Source: Aplysia californica (taxonomy: Eukaryota). From it: a stretch of 64,000 nucleotides of DNA. A model generated the notes under the pieces. It had not been told where the DNA came from, searched no databases, and was given only the letters and a program-made list of their open reading frames with translations. The first letter of the stretch is position 1; every line of letters starts with the position of its first letter. The stretch covers positions 372,124 through 436,123 of the forward strand of contig NW_004797880.1 of the NCBI RefSeq assembly GCF_000002075.1, given 5' to 3'. This document shows positions 54,401 through 62,529 of the stretch, piece by piece. The position numbers were made by a program, and so were the translations under genes.

Positions 54401-57400
54401 AGTATCAACACACAAATGATGGATGTTCAGGGTCGTGTGTTAACGGCTCCTAAGTTGCAATACGGTGGACGGGTAAGACTAGACTCCCAGAGATAAATGG
54501 GTTTTTTCTTCATCCTTTTTTCTGTTATAAAAAAATTATTTGCACTCTTTCCCTTGTAGGGAGGTGACAGTAAGACTCCACAAAGTAAATCGTAGCTTCG
54601 TTTCCTTTCTTTAAAAAAAAAATTTTTTTCTCTCTTTTTTTTGGTCTGTTTATAACACTAAGACATGTTTCTGTCAGTCATCAATGCAAACTACCTCCTG
54701 TATAAAGTAAAGAGATCTGTTTCCCGTTTGAAAATTCCTTTCCCAAAGTGTCATGTCAGATATGATGTATCATGCACATTTGCATCACTGTCACCGTTCA
54801 GATATATATGCACCTCTTTTAGTGATTTTAAAACTTAGATAAAAACTGATTCAATTTCAATGTTTAGAGTGAACGTTTCCCAACTTTTGTAGAGCTATGG
54901 AAGTGAAAGTGAATTGTGATACATCTTTCAGATTAACACAGCTAATGCAACCCCATTGTAAGAGCTTGTCTGAAGTAGAGTAAAGTGAAGTGGTTGATAC
55001 AGTTTCTACTGTGCGCTGTTCCCACTCCATGGAAAAAAAAGAAAAGAAAGAAAGTTAGAAAGTTGCAGTCTAGATGTATAATATTGATTCGAAGGTTCCT
55101 ATTTAGTATCAAATGTTGGGAATGCATGCAGCTTGCTGTATGGATTTGGATGAGATTGGGTCTGTCTTTTGAGATACGAAGGTGATTTGATAATGAGGTG
55201 TACACATGATAGATCTAAAAAAAGGTGTTATTTTGCCATGATTCAGTGTGATAGAAAGATGGTAGAAGGGTATTTTGTTTCACTCTTTGAAATTGCATGT
55301 CAGTATGATGTGGCCAAAGAAATAAAAGTGGGGGGAGGGGGGGAGGAATAGAGATGTTGTGGAGGATATATTTTCAAATTGAAAATGGTGAAAAATTACA
55401 TGTTTTAAAATGACACCTTTTCTGCTCTTACCTATTCTCCTTGTACTAAATGTTGTTGTTAATATTCTGCAAATGATAAAGCTTATGGCTTGTATGGTTT
55501 GTCTGTTATTGTGACCCATCCGTTACAGTTTTAGGAAACATGAACAAAAAAATATCTGCCATGTGGCACAAAAAATAACGTAATTTTTAAATTTAAAAAA
55601 TCCCAAAAACCTTAATGTAGAAGGTAGGGTCAAATAAAAACATTTAATTTTTCTTGTGACTACGATGGTATAGATTTTAGTTTTGCAGAATCTGTGGAGT
55701 GATATTGTCAGAGTGATAGTTTTGGGGCAGAGCGTGAGTCGTTTTGTTTGTGCTCTCAGCCACGCATTTCAGGGAATGACAGGTTACCCTAAGAGCATTC
55801 ACGCACGGGAGCTCACACACATGCACGTAGGTGCGCATTTACACACACACACAAACACACGCTCGCGTGTGTGCCAGTGAACTTTAAAGTCGTAAGTTAT
55901 TTAATGTTTGTATTACTGTCTCTTTTTAAATAAAAAAGTGAGTTTAACTGAGCATTTTCTTGCCCCTTTCTGACAGTGAGGCATTTTGCCCTGTATCGTG
56001 TCTTCCCCTCTGTGTTATTGCAAAGTTTTTGTACATTGAATTGAATTTCTTGAATTATTTTTTGCTTACGGTTGAATTTATGTGAAATGTTTAAAAAATT
56101 AAGTACAACAGTTACAGTTTATTTATGTTTGTAAAGCTGGTAACAGTAAGTGACCAATATATTATGTATTTAAACAAAAAATATATTTTTGTAAAGTTGT
56201 GAAAAAAAAGCAGTTTTCTTTTTAAGTAAAATGAAATTCTTGTTCTGACATGGATAGTGTAAAGTTCTTTTGCTGGGTTTAGCTTAAATACATACTTAGA
56301 AGCAAAGTTATATTGAAATGTTAATTTTTTTAAGAAAAAAGATTTCTATATCTGTAACTCTCTGGTAACTGTAACGCCCCTAATCTTCAACTCTTGTACG
56401 ACCTATTTACGTTGCAAATGCTGTAAAACTCTTACTAAAATTATATAATTTTAAAAAAATACTATGTTTTTGCTTGTCGTGCAGACCAAAGCCCAAGCCA
56501 TTCCCAACCAAGGTGTGTGGGATATGAGAGGCAAACAGTTCTACCAGGGAATCGAGATCCGGGTGTGGGCCATCGCCTGCTTCGCCCCGCAGAGAACTGT
56601 CAGGGAAGATGCCTTGAGGTATGTGCTTTTACTTCTTCTTTTTACCCTTCTCCCACCGAGACCTGACATTGACAACACACTCTATGGAACATTACAGCAA
56701 CTGCTGTAAACCTGCACGTATCACTACATGGCATTGGACCGAAGGGCGAGAGCCCAGCTGTTGCTAGATCGATAACAGCAACACCAACAACTTCTTCTTT
56801 TTCTCAATAATACTGATTACATTTGCAAAGCGCATGTTCACACCCTAAAGCATGCTGTTCTGTAGAGATGAATGATCCAGACAACAGTCATGAAGTTTGA
56901 TCATCGATAAGATAGATCTGGTGGGATTTCGTATTGAATTTATCTTTCTCTGTAAATGAGGAAGGGATGCGACACGAGCTGAACTGGCGAGCTATATTAT
57001 TAAGTGATAAGATGGAATCCACAAGGAAATAGAAAGAATGGAAGTCCGGAATGTACTTGTAGGAAGGACTTAGATTCCGACCTGAAGAAGATGGAATAAT
57101 ACAGCTGGACAAAGATAGAGACTGTAGCCCTGGACAGAAGTCGGAGAGCTCCTGTTGTTGGCTTATACTCTCGATATGACGTAATGATGATGATGGTGTC
57201 AACACGGTAGTGTTTTTGTAAAGCTAAAAATTAAGTGAAAAAAAAAAAGGACACGTACACCCACCCACCCCCGCCCCCTTCAAAACTCCCTTATTTTATT
57301 CTACTCTGTTTGCCATTTAAAAATAACCGGCTTTCTGCTCTGAGGGTGATCATAGGGTGCCACTGGTAAGAACAACTTCTATTCTTTTCCCTTTTTTAAA

Positions 57401-60400
57401 ATCTCTGTAGTCTTTGCTTTTTTTCAAACACTGATTGATCATGATTAGTTTATGGAACTGCTTCTTTTAACTCCAAACTGTGGGTGGTTGGTTGGTGCTC
57501 TGGTGTGGTCTGCTTCTTCTTTCCTATCAAACGTCTGTCGTCCTTATCTCCCCTTCTTCTTTCCTATCAAACGTCTATCGTCCTTATCTCCCCTTCTTCT
57601 TTCCTATCAAACGTCTATCGTCCTTATCTCCCCTTCTTTTTTATGTTTGTTACTCTCTTGTAACATCTCTAATCTTCGGCACTTATGTATGACCTTATTG
57701 TGTTGCAAGCGGCGAAAAACCCCTTCTAAAACTAAACTAACTCCAAACTTACCCTGACAGCTCAGTGTTTGTCTTTTGTCTTCCCAGGAACTTCACGCAG
57801 CAGCTCCAGCGTATCTCCAACGACGCCGGCATGCCCATCATGGGCCAGCCCTGTTTCTGCAAGTACGCCTCGGGGCCGGACCAGGTGGAGCCCATGTTCC
57901 GCTACCTCAAGAACACCTACCAGGGCCTGCAGCTCATCGTGGTGGTGCTGCCGGGCAAGACGCCAGTCTATGGTCAGTTTCTCTTTGGTATTGTTGTTTA
58001 ATTGTGTTAACTATTTGTCCCAAATCAGATATCTGGTGTTTGTTGTAGCACGCCCCCACCCCATCCCCAGGCAGTGCCACTGACTGAAATGTTTGTAGGC
58101 CATTCCCAAAGGGGGGATATTAAAATGTTTTTTGCGCAGTAGAATTGTAAGTGGGCTGATTTTTCAATGTCATGCTCAAACTATGCCGGAACAACATAGG
58201 GGGAACTACTGCTTTTTCTTTCCTCATCCTTACTATCATCATCTTTCCTCGACTTGTTTTGTATGTTTGTCACTCTCTTGTGAACTGCTATTTCCGGGGT
58301 GCCTTGATAGTCGAAGCAGACTTTGTGCTGTTGAGGCTAGAGAGGTGAGCAGAGTAAGCCTGATTCCCTGTTTGGACTTCACTGTTGACAGCCACCCCTT
58401 GGCGCTCATATGACCTTATGCAGTTGCGGGCGCTGTAAAATCTTACTAAAACAAACAACTTCCAAATCAGATATCCTGTGTCTGATGTTGAGGATAGGCT
58501 TCTTGCTGTCATACTCTGAAGACGTGAGTTTGCTTCTAGTGTGGGGAGGTTTTTAAAAAATGAGAACTCCATTTGCCTGCTGGGATGGTGTATTCCACTT
58601 AGTCTGGGTCGATCCTGAAAAGGAGGGTCGAAGCAGCCAGCCTTTTAAGTGATCTAAATCAGGCATATCAAACTCGGGTTTCTCAAGAGTCTTCACACTG
58701 CCAGTATTTTCCCATGACAACTAATTGAAATAAATTAATATAACCTGCTGCAAAAGATATTTAGATAAAACAATATATTTTGGTAAGTGATTTTTGTTTG
58801 CATTGCCCCAAAATCGCGCTTTTTCCTTCTGTTCTCAGCCGAAGTGAAACGTGTGGGCGACATCTGTTTTGGTCTTGCCACGCAGTGTGCCCAGGCCAAG
58901 AACGTGAACAAAACCACTCCCCAGCTCCTGTCCAATCTCTGCCTTAAGATCAACGTGAAGCTGGGAGGTGTGAATAGCATCCTGCTGCCCAGTATCAGGT
59001 GAGGACAACTTTCTTGGGACTTGTTTTTTTGTTTTTTTCCCCCTTCTTCTTTTTTTGGGTTTTTTTTTTGGGTGAAGCAAAACTAATTATTTTACTATGT
59101 TTCCTGCGGAATTTGTGCTTTCTTGAAAGTTTACATAAAGACTGGCATTTATATTTTTTGGCTGGTTATTCGGAGATGTTCTAGTGTAGTTTGCGCCTCT
59201 GTTTCTTTTTATAGTTAACATTTTTATGTACATTTTCCAAAAAAATGTGTTGATGTCATTTTGATTTATTGTAGTGTCTGGTGTAGTGGTTAGGCACTTT
59301 ACAATTGCAGACAGTTCAATTCCTGTGTGGAGAGGATTTTTATAGAATATTTTGGTCTTTCTGCTGGGTAATATCCCTCTCAACGTAGGTTGGCCATAGG
59401 TTGGCCCTGACATGCTGGGTCGAAGCCAGCAGTCAGAATGATCTAAATCGTTTCAGTGCGGATGTAAAACACCTACTTTAAAAATCTTAAACATTCCCAT
59501 TAATGTATTTGGCTTTGGCATCCTGTATGTTTCTAGTATGGTTGTGGGTGGTTTGGGGGGTTGCTCTGGTGTGGTTTGCTCTTTCTTTCCTATCAAAGAT
59601 CTGTTGTTCTTATCTCCCCTCCTTCTTTTTTGAGTTTGTTAACTCTTTTGAAACATGTCTATTTTATCTTTGGCACTTATATGACGGTATTGTGTTGCAA
59701 GTGCTGTAAAACACTTACTAAAACTACTGTTTTCAAGCCGTAAGTACCAGTTTTTTTGTGTTCAAATGTAAGTGATGACTGGGTCTGTGTGATTTTCATA
59801 GGCTAATATATCAACTATTGCTATTACGATCGTATAGTTTTGCTTTTATTATTTTTTTAATCAGTTAACAGGCTGCAGGAGTCTTTTTTTTTTTACTGGT
59901 CTTTACTCTGTCATTACTTTTCCCCTCAGGCCTCATGTGTTTAGAGAGCCCATCATATTCCTTGGTGCCGATGTGACCCACCCACCTGCAGGCGACACAC
60001 TCAAGCCTTCCATTGCTGCCGTAAGTACATGTAGATGCTCATAGAGAGAATATATGAATTTGTTTATTAACTTTGATTTTAGATGTGATTTTGTGATATG
60101 GAATTGTGTTTTACTATTTAAAAAAAAGATTTTTTCATTAGATGTAGAGGTGGAATTCAGGTTTCCAAAATGGTTTTACGAGTCATGATAGTTTTTTCTG
60201 TTGTGGATGGAGGCTACTGTGGGTTTGCAATCTTTTGCTTTTGTAGGTTTTCTATTCTTTTTTCAATGACTATAATGACTAAGGTATCTGTGAGGACTCT
60301 TGGGGGGGTCCCATTTTCTGAAAACTTTAGATTCTTGTTTCTGCCCTGAATATGGGGGCTCTTTTTTTCCTTTTCTTTTTCCAAAAATGCTGGATAACTG

Positions 60401-62529
60401 TTTCTATCCTGAATACACCCTCCCCAACACACAAACACACACACTCACTCTCTTTTCTTCTGACAGTATGCCTACTCAAACTATGAAATAAACCAGGTAC
60501 TTGCACACAAGATTCAAGTCCATTACCTCTTGTAAAAGTGAACGTGGGGTTTTGGCGGGTGCTCTGGTGTGGTTTGCTCCTTCTTTCCTGTCAAACATCT
60601 ATCGTCCTGATCTCTCCTCCTTCTTTTTTATGTTTGTTACTCTCTTCTAACACCTCTGATCTTCGGCACTTATATGACCTTATTGTGTTGCAAGTTCCGT
60701 TAAACTCTTGCTAAAAAATTAAAGTAAAAGTGAACCATAGATCACCCACTGTCCGTTTCCCCTCCACAGGTGGTAGGTAGTATGGACGCTCACCCCAGTC
60801 GCTACTCGGCAACGGTTCGGGTCCAAGAGCACCGGCAGGAGATCATTCGTGACCTGGCCACCATGGTTAAGGATCTGCTCATTCAGTTCTATCGCTCCAC
60901 TAGCTTCAAGCCCACCCGCATCATCTTCTACCGTGACGGGGTCAGTGAGGGACAGTTCCAGACGGTGAGTGATGACTGCCTGTTTTATTATAGTGAGTCA
61001 CAACGCGATGGAATCAAGCGCTCGTCAATTTTTTGGCATATGGAGTTACTGATATCATCTTAAAGCTTGTTCTTTTGTCTTGCTTTCAATGTAAAAGGTA
61101 CCCATCTATCTTCAATAGAATTCTCTTATGCTCTGATTCTTATACATTTTGCTTGGTCCTTCTCCCCTATCAGATATTTATTGTTTCTTCTCCTCCTTTT
61201 TTGTGTGTTTGTTACTCTCTTGTAACATCTCCAATCTGTGGCACTAATATGACATAACTGTGTTACAAGTGCTGTAAAAGGCTCATTAAAACTTAAACTT
61301 GGGCTCTAATGGGTGAAGTCAGTGGAGGTCTTCAGAATGTTTAAAAACTGGTTAACTTTGGGGATGGAGTGGGGGTGTGGATACCAAGGTGGATAAATTT
61401 TCAGTGTGCGTAATTCAGTTAGTAGGGGGTGGTTGGATGGTCCCCAATTTTTCTGTTCTCATTTATTTCTGTCATCTTTGTTTTCTCCTAACTTCTTCTT
61501 TATTATGTAATAAAATGCTTCTTTTCGTTAAGGATCCGTACTTATGTTTCTGTGTATATATCCTCTATTCCCTTCACCCCCCCTCTCCCCCCTTGTAATA
61601 AAAATCAGGTACTGGGACACGAACTCCGCGCAGTCCGTGAAGCCTGTATGAAGCTGGAGGTGGAGTACCAGCCGGGCATCACCTTCATCGTGGTCCAGAA
61701 GCGCCACCACACGCGGCTGTTCTGCGCCGACCGCAGGGACCAGACGGGCCGCAGCGGCAACATTCCCGCCGGCACCACAGTAGACCAGGGCATCACGCAC
61801 CCCACCGAGTTTGATTTCTACCTGTGCTCACATGCTGGTATACAGGTACCCGAACCATGTTTCAATAGAAGCGTCTATGTCAAAAAGTGAACTACTTTTA
61901 GTTGGTTTTATTTGTTATTTTTGTTAAGTTCGAATTGACAACTGGATACAAGAAATGCTTTTTTTGCTGTCTGTCTTTTTGGAGTCTTGAACTCAGTCAT
62001 TGGCTTATGTGGTATGTCCTGAAGCAAAAATTAGGTTTCCCCGTACACTTAATGACCTTTTATTGTATTGGTTTGCTTCTCTTTACTCATACAAACTTTT
62101 CATTGTTATACATTACTCGGAATTAACAGCAAAAAAGTAGTCACGTTTTCACTATCAGCGCAAATATAGACTTATCACTGTTATGTGCCTCTGTGAATTA
62201 ATGGCAAAGAACTGATTTATATTTCTCCCCCACTCCCACCCCACCAAACATACACACACGCACACACACACACTCCACCCCTCAAAACACATGTACACAC
62301 ACACACACTCACACTCACGCACTACACAGGGCACCAGCCGGCCTTCGCACTACCACGTGCTGTGGGATGACAACCGCTTCAACGCGGATGAGCTCCAGAT
62401 CCTGACGTACCAGCTGTGCCACACCTACGTGCGCTGTACGCGCTCAGTCTCCATCCCCGCCCCGGCCTATTACGCCCACCTGGTGGCCTTCCGGGCGCGC
62501 TACCACCTGGTGGAGAAGGAGCACGACAG
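24437..62529 (+). CDS. AGO2: Argonaute, miRNA-class AGO (related to vertebrate AGO1-4 and Drosophila AGO1), N-PAZ-L2-MID-PIWI; 21 exon positions, about 876 codons in window, 3' end incomplete; exon 14 present in two versions
   Basis: Continuous spliced frame with all phases matching; hallmark motifs [121 protein letters not shown]. The symbol follows usual invertebrate naming; paralog identity is not resolvable by eye. Confidence 0.95.
24920..25030. repeat. Palindromic TCTAGA/AGATCT simple repeat
   Basis: TAGATCTAGAATCTAATCTAGAATCTAGATTCTAGATCTAGATCTAGA...; again at 25480-25512. Confidence 0.85.
25350..25880. mobile_element. MITE-like element with self-palindromic inverted ends
   Basis: GGTAGCGTTAATTGCCACCGAGTGACGCGGTG (~25357) is the near reverse complement of CACCGCGTCACTCGGTGGCAATTGACACTACC (~25843). 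Confidence 0.7.
27700..28352 (+). promoter_or_regulatory. Second CpG-rich promoter-like region with candidate alternative first exon ending ATG|gtaagg at 28352
   Basis: Perfect NRF1/EWG palindrome TGCGCATGCGCA at 28111-28122, CGGAAGT at ~27737, ATGGCGG at 27757, strong donor 383 nt before exon 2. Confidence 0.5.
28736..28765 (+). CDS. AGO2: Argonaute exon 2 (30 nt; [10 protein letters not shown])
   Basis: Strong pyrimidine tract and ttcag acceptor, CAG|gtaagc donor, phase 1-1, G/P/Q-rich like AGO N-termini. Confidence 0.75.
34817..35170. mobile_element. MITE with ~40-bp terminal inverted repeats; partial copies at ~15990-16310 and ~53042-53350
   Basis: ATATGTG..ACAGCGTGG..AATCAGGTGCTCGTCAA vs TTGACGAGCGCCTGATTCCACTGCG..CACATAT; shared internal AAACTTTGGC..TTCTCGCTAATTT. 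Confidence 0.75.
36290..36463 (+). mobile_element. Family A repeat; other plus-strand copies at ~39925-40075, 41411-41580, 52738-52810, 56380-56440, 57481-57735, 59545-59722, 60555-60715, 61150-61290
   Basis: Alignable by eye to the family A consensus. Confidence 0.85.
38106..38153 (+). CDS. AGO2: Argonaute exon 3 (48 nt; [16 protein letters not shown])
   Basis: Long pyrimidine tract, ttcag acceptor, ATG|gtatga donor, phase 1-1. Confidence 0.7.
39415..39691 (+). CDS. AGO2: Argonaute exon 4 (Pro-rich N-terminus and start of N domain)
   Basis: VPPPPVTTP...[50 protein letters not shown]; ccag / gtgagt. Confidence 0.93.
40231..40351 (+). CDS. AGO2: Argonaute exon 5
   Basis: [40 protein letters not shown]. 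Confidence 0.96.
40738..40919 (+). CDS. AGO2: Argonaute exon 6
   Basis: [18 protein letters not shown]...[13 protein letters not shown]. Confidence 0.96.
42073..42209 (+). CDS. AGO2: Argonaute exon 7 (L1)
   Basis: [45 protein letters not shown]. Confidence 0.96.
42779..42913 (+). CDS. AGO2: Argonaute exon 8
   Basis: [22 protein letters not shown]...[12 protein letters not shown]. Confidence 0.96.
43485..43572 (+). CDS. AGO2: Argonaute exon 9 (PAZ)
   Basis: [29 protein letters not shown]. Confidence 0.96.
43585..44020. repeat. Degenerate ~60-70-bp minisatellite in Argonaute intron 9
   Basis: Recurrent ATGTAGAGATGAGTGTAG..GAACAATTT motif at ~43588, 43657, 43835, 43890, 43957. Confidence 0.65.
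44177..44260 (+). CDS. AGO2: Argonaute exon 10 (PAZ)
   Basis: [27 protein letters not shown]. Confidence 0.95.
44971..45034 (+). CDS. AGO2: Argonaute exon 11 (PAZ)
   Basis: [21 protein letters not shown]. Confidence 0.96.
45528..45599 (+). CDS. AGO2: Argonaute exon 12
   Basis: [24 protein letters not shown]; weak donor AAG|gtctcc. Confidence 0.93.
49087..49134 (+). CDS. AGO2: Argonaute exon 13
   Basis: [16 protein letters not shown]; ctag / gtaagt, phase 0-0. Confidence 0.95.
51129..51759. mobile_element. hAT-like non-autonomous element
   Basis: Ends CAGGGTTCTCAACC ... GGTTGAGAACCCC, typical hAT/Charlie-type TIRs. Confidence 0.6.
51791..51824 (+). promoter_or_regulatory. Element X (covers the branch/pyrimidine region of exon 14a), complementary to 53945-53970
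   Basis: About 25 base pairs in three helices found by eye. Confidence 0.6.
51829..51951 (+). CDS. AGO2: Argonaute exon 14a (alternative, L2 linker)
   Basis: [41 protein letters not shown]; 123 nt, aacag / gtaggc, phase 0-0. Confidence 0.93.
52822..53030 (+). mobile_element. tRNA-derived SINE (family C); related copies at ~59275-59475, ~58490-58670, ~33955-34030
   Basis: TGGTGCAGTGGTTAAGCAC A box, degenerate B box GAGTTTGATTCC, shared GTCGAAGCC..ATGAT.TAAAT..GTAAA tail. Confidence 0.6.
53945..53970 (+). promoter_or_regulatory. Element Y, intronic partner of X
   Basis: TAGGGAAAAGCGTCCGTCG-TGTGCTT pairs with GAGCGCA-agagatt-TGACGGATGCTCCTTCCCTA. Confidence 0.6.
54350..54472 (+). CDS. AGO2: Argonaute exon 14b (alternative, paralog of 14a; not in the ORF track)
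   Basis: [41 protein letters not shown]; 123 nt, ttag / gtaaga, phase 0-0. Confidence 0.93.
56485..56618 (+). CDS. AGO2: Argonaute exon 15 (start of MID)
   Basis: [44 protein letters not shown]. Confidence 0.96.
56930..57195 (+). mobile_element. RTE-clade LINE 3' end remnant in Argonaute intron 15
   Basis: Frame from 57013 reads [52 protein letters not shown], matching the RTE C-terminal pattern WNPQGKRKRGRP..TWRR....W......AQDR..WR..V.GL; followed by a (GAT)n tail. Confidence 0.8.
57516..57640 (+). repeat. Triple 40-bp tandem duplication inside a family A copy
   Basis: CTTCTTTCCTATCAAACGTCT(A/G)TCGTCCTTATCTCCCCTT x3. Confidence 0.85.
57788..57972 (+). CDS. AGO2: Argonaute exon 16 (MID)
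   Basis: [27 protein letters not shown]...[15 protein letters not shown]. Confidence 0.96.
58839..58998 (+). CDS. AGO2: Argonaute exon 17 (MID 5'-phosphate pocket)
   Basis: [53 protein letters not shown]. Confidence 0.96.
59930..60020 (+). CDS. AGO2: Argonaute exon 18 (PIWI, first catalytic Asp)
   Basis: [30 protein letters not shown]. Confidence 0.96.
60770..60964 (+). CDS. AGO2: Argonaute exon 19 (PIWI, catalytic Glu and Asp)
   Basis: [26 protein letters not shown]...[14 protein letters not shown]. Confidence 0.96.
61609..61845 (+). CDS. AGO2: Argonaute exon 20 (PIWI)
   Basis: [13 protein letters not shown]...[10 protein letters not shown]...[11 protein letters not shown]. Confidence 0.96.
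62330..62529 (+). CDS. AGO2: Argonaute exon 21 (PIWI, catalytic His); final exon lies beyond the window
   Basis: [15 protein letters not shown]...[31 protein letters not shown]; AG|gtgggt. Confidence 0.95.

Noticed and set aside
53937-54419. 160-aa ORF overlapping exon 14b
   Set aside because: Wrong frame, no recognisable protein; the real exon starts at 54350 in another frame
51829-54472. Exon 14a/14b as an assembly or haplotype duplication, or 14b as a pseudo-exon
   Set aside because: 15 amino-acid and many synonymous differences, unrelated flanks, no gap nearby, and both have intact frames and splice sites
57516-57640. CRISPR-like array
   Set aside because: Eukaryotic context, no spacers; an internal tandem duplication of a repeat
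58400-58450. Hammerhead ribozyme in the SINE tail stem-loop
   Set aside because: Lacks the CUGANGA and GAAA core in the correct arrangement
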